This document shows, piece by piece, positions 14,291 through 28,360 of a stretch of 64,000 nucleotides of DNA (its first letter is position 1; every line of letters begins with the position of its first letter). A program made the translations under genes and the position numbers. Source of the stretch: Mobula hypostoma (taxonomy: Eukaryota); contig NC_086109.1 in NCBI RefSeq assembly GCF_963921235.1, forward strand, positions 9,922,001 through 9,986,000, read 5' to 3'. The notes beneath the pieces are model-generated. The model had not been told where the DNA came from. It did no database searches and saw only the letters and a program-made list of their open reading frames with translations.

Positions 14291-15193
14291 TATATTTCTT
14301 TTTATAGTTTATTGTATTATTTATGTATTGAGTGACAGTGCTGCCACAAAACAACAGATTTCACAAAACATATCACTGATAATAATTCTGATTCTGAGGT
14401 GCATCTGGGTTAATTTAGTTTACAACAGTCGGGTTTCCCCACCGCAAATGGAGATAAAAGTCAGGACTGAGGTATTTTTGAATATTCCTTTCTATTTTAC
14501 ATTACTGCGCAGACCCGAAGTCACTCCTTGGCGACCACCTCGCCTTTGCCTCTCCATAGTGTATAAGGAGTAACTCCTGTCATCAGTATGAACTGCTGGC
14601 ATGTGGAGTTGGCCCTGCTAGACCAACCTGGAATTCTGCCTGGAGAAACAAACTAACGAGCTGTTTACTGGAGCTCGCTGTGACCAAAGCCTAACATTGA
14701 TCATGTGGCTTGTTCCATTACGTCTGATAAAGGAGAGGTGTCACCTTCAGGAACAAAGGGAAGGTCTGTGACAAGCTACAGACGAAGAAAAAAAATGCAG
14801 CTCTATGCTGTTATCATTCCTAAATGCCAGCTCAACATATATTTAAATAATAATGATAGTTTAAGATTAATTGAGGCTAGACTTGTGTATAGAAGATTAA
14901 GGTTGAGCCACCTGAAGTGCTTAAGAGATTAAAGGCTCAATAAATTAATGTTATAGAGCTGTAAAATGTTACACCATGAAAACAGGCCCTTTGGCCCATT
15001 TCGTCCATGCCGACCAGGATACTCATCTGAGCTGGCCCCCATTTGCCTGTATTTGGCATAAATCCCTCTAAACCTTTCCTATCTATGTACCCATCCACGT
15101 GTATTTTAAATGTTGTTATTGCAACTACCTCAACCATTTCCTCTGGCAGCTCATTCCCAGTAAAAAGGTTCTTATTAAATCTTTCCCCTCTCT

Positions 15194-16492
15194 TAGACAA
15201 TAGACAATAGACAATAAGTGCAGGAGTAGGCCACTCGGCCCTTCAAGCCAGCACTGCCATTCACTGTGATCATGGCTGATCATCCACAATCAGTACCCCG
15301 TTCCTGCCGTCTCCCCATATCCCTTCTCTCCACTATCATTAAGAGCTCTATCTAACTCTTTCTTGAAAGCATCCAGAGAATTGGCCTCCACTGCCTTCTG
15401 AGGCAGAGCATTCCACAGATCCACAACTCTCTGGGTGAAAAAGTTTTTCCTCAACTCCATTCTAAATGGCCTACCCCTTATTCTCAAATTGTGGCATCTG
15501 GTTCTGGACTCCCCCAACATCAGAAACATGTTTCCCGCCTCTAGTGTGTCCAATCCCTTAATAATCTTATATGTCTCAATCAGATCCCCTCTCATCCTTC
15601 TAAATTCCAGTGTATACAAACCCAGTGACTCCAATCTTTCAATATATGACAGTCACGCCATCCCAGGAATTAACCTCATGAAACTCCGCTGCACTCCCTC
15701 AATAGCAAGAATGTCCTTCCTCAAATTTGGAGACCAAAACTGTACACAATACTCCAGGTGTGGTCTCACCAGGGCCCTGTACAACTGCAGAAGGACCTCT
15801 TTGCTCCTATACTCAACTCCCTATGTTATGAACATGCCATTAGCTTTCTTCACTGCCTGCTGTATCTGCATGCCTACTTTCAGTGACTGATGAACAAGGA
15901 CACCTAGATCTTATTGTACTTCCCCTTTTCCTAACTTGACACCATTCAAATAGTAATCTGACTTCCTGTTCTTGCCACCAAAGTGGATAACCTCACATTT
16001 ATCCACATTAAACTGCATCTGCCATGTATCTGCCCACTCACCCAACCTGTCCAAGTCATCCTGCATTATCTTAACATCCTCCGCACATTTCACACTGCCA
16101 CCCAGCTTTGTGTCATCTGCAAATTTGCTAATGTTACTTTTAATCCCTTCATCTAAATCATTAATGCATATTATAAATAGCTGCGGTCCCAGCACCGAGC
16201 CTTGCGGTACCCCACTAGTCACCGCCTGCCATTCTGAAAGGGGTCCATTAATCCCTACTCTTTGTTTCCTGTCTGCCAACCAATTTTCTATCCATGTCAG
16301 TACGCTACCCCCAATACCACGTGCTCTAATTTTGCCAACTAATCTCCTATGTAGGACCTTATCAAAGGCTTTCTGAAAGTCCAGGTACACTACATCCACT
16401 GGCTCTCCCTTGTCCATTTTCATAGTTACAGCCTCAAAAAATGCCAGAAGATTAGTCAAACATGATTTCCCCTTCGTAAATCCATGCTGACT
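15194..16492 (-). mobile_element. 5'-truncated CR1-clade LINE
   Basis: YLDFQKAFDKV, SGVPQGSVLGP, KFADDTKLGG, RKNFFTQRVV; (tagacaa)n tail. Confidence 0.93.
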
Positions 16493-17029
16493 CTTTTGCC
16501 TGCATAGTAGGGTGGCATAGTAGCTTAGCAGTTAGCACAATGTTTGGCAGTACAGGTGACCCGGGTTCAATTCCCACTGCTGCCTGTAAGGAGATTACAC
16601 ATTCTCCCCGTGACCGCGTGGGTTTCGCATGGGTGCTCCGGTTCCCTCCCACAGTCCAATGACATCCCGGTTGGTAGGTTAATGTTTCATTGTAAATTGT
16701 CTCGTGATTAGGCCAGGGGTTTTCTGGGAGGCACGGATCAAAGGCCCACTCCGCACTGTATCTCAATGAGTAAATAAATACAAAATAGTGGCGATTTTAA
16801 GCAATTATAGTGAATTCTCTGGACATAACATACTCAGGGTAAAAAGGTGGCCCCTCAGGTTCTTATTAATTTCTCCCCTCTTTTCTTTTACCTAGATCCT
16901 CTAATTCTTGATTTCTGAACCATGGGAAAAATTACTCTTCACATTGACCCTATCTATATTCTCCTGATTCTATAATCCCCATAAGATCACTTCTCAGACT
17001 CCTATACTCCAATGAATAAATGGCTTTCA

Positions 17030-18165
17030 TCTACACCACTTCCCCACCTTATTCTCCTGCAAAAATACTATTCCCATTTCTCAGTTTCTTCACCTCTACC
17101 ATATCTGTTCTCAGCGATGTCCTCCTTCTTTAAAGAATGGGGTTTCCCTCCCTCCACTATTGTTGTTTCCCTCACCCGCATCTCCTACATTTCCCGAACA
17201 TCTGCACTTACCCCATCTTCCCACTGCCTTAATAGTAATGGAGTTCCTCTTGCCCTTACCTACCACGCCTTCAACCTCCGCGTTCAACACACTAATCTCC
17301 ACAACTTCTGCCATTTCCAAAGGGATCCTATCATTAAACTTATCTTTACCTTCCTCCCACCCATCACTTTCTGCAGGGACCGCTCCCTCCCCAGTTCCTT
17401 TGTCTATTCGTCCCTCCCCTCTAATCTCCCTCCCAGCACTTATCCCTGCAAGTGGCTTGAGTGCTGTACCTGCCCATACACCTCCTCCCTCACCTCCATT
17501 CCGGGCTTCAGGCAGTACTTCCAGGTGAGGCAACATTTCACCTGCATATCTGCTGGGATCACATAATGTGTCCAGTGCTCCCAATGCGGCCTCTTCTACT
17601 TTGCTGAGATCTGTCATAAATTGAGGGACCACTTCATCAAGCAACCTCTGCACCATTCATCACAAGTGGGACTTCCTGGTGGCCAAACATTTTAATTCCA
17701 ATTCCCATTCCCTTTCAGTGTGCCAAGATGAGGCCACCCTCAGGGTGGAGGAGCAACACCTTATCTTCTATTTGGGTAGCCTCCAACCTGATGGCATGAG
17801 CATCGATTTCTCTTTCTGGTTAACAAATTCCCCCACTCTCCCATTTCTATCCCCCACTCTGAACTTTTACCTCTTTTCAACTGCCTGCTACTTCCTCCGG
17901 GGTCACCTCCTCCTTCTCTTTCTCCCATGGTTGGCTCTCCCCTCCTATCAGATTCCTTCTTCACCAGCCGTTGACCTTTCCCACCCACCTGATTCCACCA
18001 ATCACCTTCCAGTTATCCTCCTTCTCCTCCAGCCTTCTATTTATTTTGGCACCTTCCCCCTTTCTTCTCAGTCCTGAAGAAGCATCTCGGCCTGAAACAT
18101 TGACTATTCATTTCCAAAGATGCTGCCTACCCTGCTGAGTTCCTCCAGCAGTTTGTGTGTGTAGC
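17030..18165 (+). mobile_element. Decayed Penelope-like element (RT thumb/GIY-YIG remnant plus 3' region with hammerhead motif)
   Basis: FKEWGFPPST...LALTYH...PCKWLECCTCPY and ATLRVEEQHLIFYLGSLQPDGM, homologous to the 43003-44008 ORF; ctgaaga...gaaac motif near 18074-18098. Confidence 0.88.
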
Positions 18166-18475
18166 TTTATCTTTGTAACTACTTCTTTCCATTATCTTAA
18201 AGGATGCCATTAACCTTCACAGTTACTACCATCTTAAATCCCCCGTTTTACTTCTTCTAATCTCAGCCTGTGGAAGGACCCCATCACACAGGACATGCTC
18301 TTACTACCATCTGAGAGAATGTATAGGAAGACCCACATTCAACATTTTAGGAATTGCTACTTCCCCTCCGCTATCAGAACACTATCTCAATATTTATGTT
18401 CTCTTTTTGCACTAATTATTTAATATAATTTTTTATATATTTCTTATTGTAATTTATTGTTTTTTTATTATGTAT

Positions 18476-19580
18476 TAGACCATAAGATATAGGAGCAGAA
18501 TTAGGCTATTTTTCCCATCAAGTCTGCTCTGCCATTTCACCAAGGCTGATACATTTTCCCTCTTAGTCCCAATCTCCTGCTTTCTCCCTGTACCCCTTCG
18601 TACCCTGACTAATCAAGAATCGATCAATCTCTGCCTTAAATATACCCAATGACTTGGCCTCCTGTGGGAACGAATTCCAGATTCATCACTCTCTGGGTAA
18701 AGAAATTCCTCCTCGCCTCTGTTCTAAATGGATGCCCCTCTATTCTGAGGCTCTGTCCTCTGGTGTTAGACTCTCCCACCATAGAATACATCCTCTTCAC
18801 ATCCACTCTACTGAGGCATTTCAACATTTGATAGGTTTCAATGAGGTCACCCCTCATTCTTCTGAATTCCAGTGAGTACAGCCCTAGAACCATCAAATGC
18901 TCCTCATATGACAAGCTTTTCAATCCTGGAATCATTTTCATGAACGTCCTTTGAAACCACTCCAATGTCACCACATCCTTTCTTAGATAAGGAGCTCAAA
19001 ACTGCTCACAATATTCCAAGTGAGGCCTCACCTGTGCCTTATAAAGCCTCAGCATTACATCCTTGCTTTTATATTTTAGTCGTCTTGGAATGAATGCCAA
19101 CATTGCATTTGCTTTCCTCACCACAGACTCAACCTGCAAGTTAATCTTTAGGGAATCCAGCACAAGGATTCCTAAGTCCTTTGTGCTCAGATTTTTGAAT
19201 TTTCTCTCCATTGAGAAAATTGTCTACCCTTTTATTTCTTCTAACAAAGTGCATGACCATACACTTCCCGACACTGGATTCCATCTGCCACTTCTTTGCC
19301 CACTTTCCTAATCTGTCTGAATCCTTCTGTAGACTCATTTACTTCCTCAAAACTACCTGCTTCCCGCCACCCCACTTATCTTAGTGTCATCCGCAAACTT
19401 GGCCACAAAGCCATCAATTCTATCATCCAAGTCCTTGACATATAATGTAAAAAATGCAGTCCCAATATAGTTCCCTATGGAACACCACTGATCACTGTCA
19501 GCCAACTTTATTCCCACTCTTTGCCTCCTGCCAATCAAACACTGCTTTATCCATGCTAGAATCTTTCCTGTAATATCATG
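18476..19580 (-). mobile_element. CR1-clade LINE fragment
   Basis: KFADDTKI, RPHLEYC and RRMRGDLIE fragments. Confidence 0.88.
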
Positions 19581-21884
19581 TATTCCACTGTACTGCTGCT
19601 GCAGAACAACACATTTCAGTGAAAATAGACCTGATTCTGACTCTGACTTTGTTTGATGTCATGATCCAATGTCAACAACAGAGATTCAGCACAATTTGCT
19701 AAAGTTAATAAATGTCTCTGGTTCGTCTAGGGAGGATATTTGCATTACGCAACCTTGAAGTAAATTCCAGCATTTGCAGAATCTCTTGTGTTAGTGATGA
19801 CTGAAGTGTATCTTCAATGGCGGAGTTGTGGATGGTGTTGAAGGTTGTATTAGGTTACATTTGGGCGTTGATAGGATACAGAACTAGGCTGTGAATTGGC
19901 AGATGTGTGTAGCTTTTCATTGATTCTATTGTAGTTCTTTGTTCTCCTGTGAGTGGCCGTAAGAAAATGAGTCTCGTGGTTTGATGACATTTCTGCAATT
20001 TGATAACAAACTTACTTTGAACTTTGAACTTTGAGATGGAATTCAATCCGGAGAGTGCGAAGTTATACTCTTTGGAAAGGTCGAACTTGAAGCCAGAGTA
20101 CAGCGTTAATGGCAGGGTTCTTAGCAGTGTGGAGGAACAGAGAATTTTGCAACTTTATAAACCTCTACTTTGACCACAGTCTGGAATATTGTGTTTAGAA
20201 GGATATGAAACCTTCAGAGAGGGTGCAGAGGAGATTTACTAGGACGCTGCAAGATAATAGAGCATGTCTTATGATGAAAGGATAAGCAAGATAAGGAGCA
20301 ACACACACAAAATGCTGGAGGAACTCAGCAGGCCAGAGAGCACTGATGAAGTGTCTTGGCCCGAAACGTCGACTGTTTACTCTTTTCCATAGATGCTGCC
20401 TGGCCTGCTGAGATCCTCCAGCATTTTGTGTGCATTGCTTGGATTTCCAGCATCTGCAGATTTTCTCATCTTTGAGCCAACTAAAGAGTCTGTCTTTGGC
20501 GCGAAGGAGGATAAGGAGTGACTTGATAAAGGTGTATAAAAGGCATAGACAGAGTGGACAACCAGCTCCATTTTCCCAGCATCGATTTAACTAATACCAG
20601 GAAGCATAGTTTAAAGCAATTGAGGAAAGTATCGGGGCGGGCGTCATGCCAGAGGTAGGTTTTTTAGATTAACTTTGGTGGAGACCCTGATGAAGGGCCT
20701 TGGCCCAAAATGATGACTCTTCGTTCCTCTCCACAGATGTAGCTGGCATGATGAGTTCCTCCAGCATGAGGTAGTATTCATGAACTGTTCAGAAACCTGA
20801 TGGCAGAGGGGGAAAAAGCTGTCTCTGAACCTTTAGGCTACTGTACCTCCTCCCTGATGGTAGTGACAAGAGGAGGGCATGTCCCAGCTGGCGAGTGTCC
20901 TTAATAATGGGTGCTGTCTTCTTGAGGCACTGCCTCTCGAGGATGTCCTTGAAGGTGGGGAGGGAGCTGGCTGAGTCGACAACGCTCTGCAGCCTCTTGT
21001 GATCCCATGTCTTGGAGCTTCCCTACCAGGCTGTGATGAAACAAGTCAGAATGCTCGCTCCTGTACAGCTATAGAAATTTGTAGGAGTTTTTAGTTACAT
21101 ACCGAATGTCCTCAGATTCCTAATGAAATATAGCCACTTGGTGTGCCATTTTAATCACTCTGTTTTTCCTCATGTGCTGTCTGATTTGCACTGTATCTCC
21201 AGCTACTTCTGTTTTTAATTAAGATTCCAGTCAGGTCCAATCTGACTAAAATGCAGTTCAGCTACTCCCACATCCCAACACTTGGTCCATTACCCTTAGG
21301 CGATGTCTTTTTGAAATGCTTATCTAGATACTTGTTAAATAGAGTCAAAGAGTCGAAGAGTACTACAGCACTGACACAGGCCCTTTGGCCCATCTAGTCC
21401 ATGCTGAACTATTAGTCGGCCAAGTCCCAGTGACCTGCACCTGGACTATAGCCCTCTATATTCCTCCTATCCATGTATCTATCCAGATTTATCTTACATG
21501 TTGAAATCGAACCCCTATCCATCACTTCTGCTGGCAGTTCATTCCACGCTCTCACCATCCTCTGGGTGAAGGTTCCCGTCATGGTCCCCTTAAATCTGGC
21601 AATGATTTCTATTTCCACCACCCTGTCTGCTCTGCTAATAATGGAATGAAGGGATGAGAGAGTTCTGTTAAAAAGTAGAAGCTGAGGTGTTCTCCTTGGA
21701 GCAGAGTGGAGACCTGTTAGACATGTATAAGATCATGCCCAACTTATCCACATAAAGAGAAGGAAGATGCTCCCAAAGGACCAACAGGAATTGATTTAAA
21801 ATTTTGGATGAAAGATGTAGGAGGCATGTGATCATACACTTTTGTACAGAGAATATGTTTATGGACACTGAGAGAACACAGTGA

Positions 21885-22535
21885 CATTGCTGTTAAGAAG
21901 GTGCATGGTGTACTGGCATTCATCAACCGTGGGATTGAGTTCAAGAGCCATGAGGTATATAAGACCTTGGTCAGACCCCACTTGGAGTACTGTGTTCAGT
22001 TCTGGTCACCTCACTACAGGAAGGATGTGGATTCTGTAGAAAGAGTCCAGAGGAGATTTACAAGGATGTTGCCTGGATTGGAGAGCATGCCTTATGAGAT
22101 AGGTTGAGTGAACTCGGCCTTTTTTCCTTGGAGCGATGGAGGATGAGAGGTGATCTGAAAGAGGTGTATAAGATGATTTGAGGCATTGATTGTGTGGATA
22201 GCCAGAGGCTTTTTCCCAGGGCTGAAATGCTAACATAGAGGAGCATGGTTTTAAGGTGCTTGGAAATAGGTACAGAGGGGATGTCAGGGGTAAGTTTTTT
22301 ACACTGTGCATGGTGGGTACGTGGAATGCACTGCCGGCGATGGTGGTGGAGATGGATACAATAGAGTCTTTTAAAAGACTCCTAGGTAGGTACATGGAGC
22401 TTAGAAAACTAGAGGGCTATGCGCTAGGGAAATTCTAGGCAGTTTCTAGATTAGGTTACATGGTTGGCACAATATTGTGGGCCAAAGGGCCTGTAATGTG
22501 CTGTAGATTTCTATGTCCTATGATCTATGTTCTAT
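21885..22535 (+). mobile_element. CR1-clade LINE 3' fragment
   Basis: LVRPHLEYCVQFWSPHYRKD; (ctatg)-type tail. Confidence 0.85.
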
Positions 22536-23044
22536 GTCTTAAAGTTTATATATAAATGCAGGATTCAGATGAAAGGTCATTGACCTAAATTTGAAATATG
22601 ATACCTCTCCATCCCTTTATTTTTCCTACCCACTTGGCTTCCTCTAACACCTTCTTGCTAGCCTCCTTCCGCCCCCCACCTTTTTATTTCGGTGTCTTCT
22701 CCTTTCCTTTCCAGTTCTAATGAAGGGTCTCGGCCTGAAATGGTGACTGTTTATTCATTTCCATAGATGTTGCCTGACCTGCTGAGTTCCTCCAGCATTT
22801 TGTGTATGTTGCTTAGGGTTTCCAGCATCAGCAGAATCTCTTGTGTTTACAATATGATCTGCGATTCACTGCCCTGTTATTGGTATTGGTTTATTGTTGT
22901 CACATGTGCTAAGATACAGTGAAAAGCTTTGTTTTATATGTCACCAGTCAGATCATGCAATATGTAAGAACATCAAGGTAATATAAAGAATATAATCCTC
23001 TCTATAGATGCTGCCTGACCTACTGAGTTCCTCCAGCAGGAGGC

Positions 23045-25490
23045 AGTCATAGAGTTATAGGAAAGTACAGCACAGGGACAGGCCCTTCAGCCCATTTAGT
23101 CTATGCCAAACTACTTTAATTGACTTGCACCGGAACGATTGCCCTCCATTCCCCTACCATCCATGCACCTCTCTAAACTTCACTTAAAACATTGAAATCG
23201 AGCTCAAATGCATCACTTGTTCCACACTCTCATGACCCTCTGCGTGAAGAAGTTCTCCTTAAGCTTTTTACCTTCCATCCTTAACCCATGACCTCAAGTT
23301 GTAATCCCCTCCAACCTCAGTGGAAAAAGCCTGCTTGCGTTTACTCTATCTAGACACTCGTAATTTTGTATAGCTCTTTTAAATCCCCTCTAATCTATGC
23401 TCCAAGGAATAAAGTCCTAACCTAGTTAATCTTTCTTTATAACTCAGGTCCCCCAGATTTGGCAACAGCCTTGTAAATTTTCTCTGCACCCTTTCAATCT
23501 TATTTACATCTTTCTTGTAGGTAGATGACCAAAACTGCACACAATACTCCAAATTAGGCCTCACCAATGTCTTATACAACTTCAACATAACATCCCATCT
23601 CTTGTACACAATACACTGATTTATGATGGCTATTGTGCCAACAGCTTTCTTTACAACCCTATCTACATGTGAAGCCATTTACAATAAATTATGGACTCGT
23701 ATTCCCAGATCCCTTTGTTCTACCGTACTCCCCAGTGCCCTACCATTCACTGTGTAAGACCTACCCTGATTGGTTCTTCCAAAGTGCAATACCTCACACT
23801 TGTCTGCATTGAATTCCATCTGGCCCATATCTCGCTGCAAGCCATGATAGCCTTCTTTGCTGTCTGCTGTACCCCCAGTCTTGGTATCTTCCACAAATTT
23901 GCTGATCCAGTTATACACATTATCAACCAGATCATTGACACAGATGCAAACAACAATGGACATAGCACCAATCCTGAGTTTGAAAGTGCCGCCATTTTAC
24001 CAGAGGAAGATTGATTAGGCATGACCTACCTCGCACGAAGTCATCCTTAATCAGTCCATGTCTATCTAAATTCTTATATATCCGGTCCCTTAGAATACCT
24101 TCTAATAACTTTCCCAATACTGATGTCAGGCTCACTGGCCTACAATTTCCTGGTTTATTTTTAGAGCCTTTCTTAAACAGCAGAACAACACTGGCTATCT
24201 TCCAATCTGCTGGTACATCACCTGTTGCTACAGGTGATTTAAATATCGGAATCAGAACCAAGTTTAATATCACCTGCATATGTCGTGAAATTTTTTTACT
24301 TTGCTGTCGCAGAATAATGCAGTACATGATAAATATAGAAAACAAAACTAAATTATAGAATTTTTTACATATATATATATTAAATAATTAAATTAAATAA
24401 GTAGTATAAAAACAGAAATAAAGATGTAGTGAGGTAGTGTTCATGGGTTCAATGTCCATTCAGAAATCGGATGGCAGAGGGGAAGAAACTGTTCCTGAAT
24501 CGTTGAGTGTGTGCCTTCAGGCTCCTGTACCTCCTCCCTGATGGTAACCATGAGAAGAGTCCTGGGTGGTGGGGCTCCTTAATAATGGACACCGCCTTTT
24601 TGAGGCACCGTACCATGAAGATGTATTGGATACTGTGGAGGCTAGTATCCAAAATAGAGCTCACTAATCTTACAGCTCTCTGCAGCTTACTTCGATCTGT
24701 GCAGTAGCAACCCCCACCACCACCACCCCACCCCTCCCCACACCAGACGATGATGCAGCCAATCAGAATACCTCTGCAAGGGTCCCAGCAATTTCTGCAC
24801 CTGCCTCCCACAGGGTCCGTGGAAACACCTTGTCAGGCGCTGGGGATTCATCCACCCTAATTTGCCTCCGGACAGCAAACACCTCCTCCTCTGCAATCTG
24901 TATATGATCCATGAAGCTGATGACACTTTGCTTCATTTCTATTGACTCTGTCCATGTCCTGAGTGAAAAAATGGATCCAAGAAATTTCAATCTATTTAGG
25001 CTTCTCACATGGATTACCATTCTGATGTTCCAGGGGACCAGTTTTTATCCCTTGCAATCCTTTTGCTGTTAAAATACCAATAAGTTTCAATAGGTACATT
25101 TAATGTCACATTATACATCTAGAAATTCTTTTTGTTTGCAGAGTATCTGTAGAATTCCTTAGGGTTCTCATTCACCTTGCCTAGCAGACAAGGTGAATGA
25201 GAACCCTAAGGAATTCTACAGATATCCTGCGAAGAGAAAGAATTTCATGCCTCATGCCTTCTTTTAGCCCTCCTGATTTCTTTCTAAAGTGTTTTCTTAC
25301 ATTCTGTATACTTCATAACCACCTCATTTGTTCCTACCTGCCTATACCTGCTATGCTCCTCCTCAATATGCCTTGTAAACCAAGGTTTCCTACACCTGTT
25401 ATCTTTACCATTTATTCTGACAGGGACACACAAGTTTTGTACTCTCAAAATTTCACTTCTGAAAGTCTCCCATTTACCAAGTACTCCATT
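23045..25490 (-). mobile_element. CR1-clade LINE with nested Rex1-like insertion (~24245-24775)
   Basis: RPNLEYCVQFWS, KFVEDTK, DWKIASVVLLFKKG and ESPAPDKVFPR fragments in collinear order. Confidence 0.8.
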
Positions 25491-25896
25491 GTGTTCTTGG
25501 TGGTATTCATGAACCATTCAGAGAAATGATGGTGGAGAGGAGAAGCTTTTCTCCGTAGCATCGAGTGTGTACCTGCGGTGGTAACAAGAAGAGGGCATGT
25601 CCTAAGTGGTGAGCATCCTGGATGATGGATGCCGCCTTCATAAGAATGTATAAGCAATTTGAGGTAATTAAAAAGAATATAAAAATAAAATAATGCAGAT
25701 TATAGTTCGAAGTTCAAAGTTAAATTTATTATCAAAGTACATATACAGTATGTCACCATGTGCAACCCTGAGTTTGTTTTTCTTGTGGGCATACTCAGCA
25801 AATCTATAGAACAGTAACTGTAACAGGATCAATGAAAGATCAACCAGAGTGCAGAAGACAACAAACTGTGCAAGTGCAAATAGACATAAACAGCAA

Positions 25897-26600
25897 TCAT
25901 CATCATCTTCAGGTGCCATGCCCAGTTTGAGCTTTGACTGCCATGGCCCACACACTCCTGTTTCGGGTCAAGTGGATCAATTCATTGGTATTCATTTCCA
26001 GTTCTCTGGCTGCTGTCTCCATCATCATTTGTCTTTGTCTTCCTCATCATTTGTCTTTGTCTTCCTCTTGCTTTCTTCCCTTCAATCTTTCCCATAATTA
26101 CCGTGCATTCTAACTCTTTTTTCCTAATCACGTGTCCAATGAAGTTACATTGCCTTTTCATGATCTCATACATTATTTCTCTTTTTGTGTTTGCTCTGTT
26201 CATGATATCCTGTTAGATATTCATTTTGTCCATGATATTCTTTGCATCCTCCTCAAAATCCATATTTTTACTACAACAATTCGTTTCCTCATGTCACTAG
26301 ATATTGTTCAACATTCTGAGCCATATAACATAACTGGATAAATGTAACATTTCAGTACTCTGAGGCGGGTTGTCATGCCTAGTTTAGTATTGGTCAATAT
26401 ACTCTTCATTCTCATAAAGGTGTCTTTTGCCATCCCTATTCTTCTTTTGATGTCCATGTCGCACCTGCCATCTGATCTCACCCAGCTTCCTAAGTAGCAA
26501 AAGTTCTGTTTTATGTCTTCCCCGTTTATTCTCAGCCTGCAGATAGGATTCTCCTTGTTTTTGGATATCAGCACACATTCTGTCTTTTTGCAACTGATAG
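25897..26600 (-). mobile_element. RTE-clade LINE 3' fragment
   Basis: FCYLGSWVRSDGRCDMDIKRRIGMAK...LKCYIYPVMLYGSEC and FIGHVIRK...GKIEGKKARGRQR; (GAT)n tail. Confidence 0.88.
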
Positions 26601-27916
26601 CGAGAACATAAAATAATGAGATAAAGCGTCCTTAAAGTGAGATCAGCGGTTGTGGGAGCATTTCAATGATGGGGCAAGTGAGTGTGGTTATCCCCTTTGT
26701 TCAAGAACCTAAGGGTTGAAAGATAGTAAGTGCTACAGTTACAGAGAAAGTGCAGTGCAGGTCGGAAAATAAAATGCGAAGGCCACAACACGGTAAACTG
26801 GGAGATCAAGAGTTCATCTTTAGAGAATGAGAGGGCCATTTAAGAGCCTGATAACAGCGGGATCGAAGCTGTCCTTGAGTCTGTTGGTGTGTGTTCTCAA
26901 GCTTATGTAGCTTCTGTCTGATGGGAGGTGAAGAGAAGAGAGAATGAAGGGGGTGGGTCTGGTTTTCTATTATGTTAGCTGTTTTCCTGACGCAGTCGGA
27001 AATGTCGGTGGAGTCCATGGAGCAGAGGCTGGTATATGTGATGCGCTGAGCAGCAGTGATAACTCTCTGGAGATTCCCCTGGCCTCAGGCAGAGCAGTTG
27101 CCATACCAAGCCGTGATGCATCCCAATAGGACGCTTCCTGTGGTGCATCATACGTGTAAATTTTGCATTTGCAGAAGAGAAACAAAACTTTCAGAAAGGA
27201 ATTGTCTGGGATAGTTAGTAGGATGTAAGGTAGGGAAAGGGTCATGGGAATGTTGAGCTTTTGTGCCCGCATCAAGCATAGATCTGATAGGCTGAACTTA
27301 TTTCAAAGCCGCCACAATGCTGGTTGGCAGCATTTTCTGTTTTTATTTTAGATTCAGAAATTCCTTAAGGTTGAATAGTTTCTATGGAGAGAGAATCAAA
27401 TTTAGGTTCAATGAACTTTCAACAGAAACATTCCATTTGTATAGTGACCGATACCTTACGACAATCATAGAACATAGAACATAGAAATCTACAGCATATT
27501 ACAGGCCCTTCAGCCCACAATGTTGTGCCGACCATGTACAGTAACAGTAACCTATTATAGAAACTGCCTAGAATTTCCCTGACGAGGTGGATAACTTCAC
27601 TCACCTCAACTGAGTTGATTCTACGGCCTACAGACACACTTTCAAGGACTCTACTACTCATGTTGTCAATATTTATTTAATTTTACTTTTTAATTATTTG
27701 AAAACTTGCATATTTAATCTTCTTTTACACATTGGTTGTTTGTTATCTTTATTTGTGTATAGTTTTTTTCATAAATTCTGTTGTATTTCTTTATTTTCCT
27801 GTTTATGCCTGAAAGAAAATTAATCTCAAGGTCGTATACGGTGACAAATATGTAATTGATAATACATTTACTTGACTTTAAATTTCATTTTGACTCCTGC
27901 ATCCTCTGGCCATTCT

Positions 27917-28360
27917 ATTGGAGATTGGAGCGACTGGGCTTGTATACTCTGGAATTCAGAAGGCTGAGAGGGGATCTTATTGAAACATATAAGATTATTA
28001 AGGGATTGGACACGCTGAAGGCAGGAAGCATGTTCCCGCTGATGGGTGAGTCCAGAACCAGAGGCCACGGTTTAAGAATAAGGGGTAGGCCATTTAGAAG
28101 GGAGTTGAGGAAAAACTTTTTCACCCAGAGAGTGTTGGATATATGGAATGCTGTGCCCCAGAAGGCTGTGGAGGCCAAGTCTCTGGTTGCCTTCAAGAAA
28201 GAGATGGATAAAGCTCTTAACGATAGTGGAATCAAAGGTTATGGGGATAAGGCAGGAACTGGATACTGATTGTGGATGCTCAGCCATGATCACAGTGAAT
28301 GGTGGTGCTGGCTCGAAGGGCTGAATGGCCTACGCCTGCACCTATTGTCTATTGTCTATT
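27917..28360 (+). mobile_element. CR1 LINE 3' end, same subfamily as 15194-16492 but inverted relative to it
   Basis: Near-identical peptide (LGLYTLEFRR.RGDLIETYKIIKGLDTL...GTGY) and (ctattgt)n tail. Confidence 0.9.
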
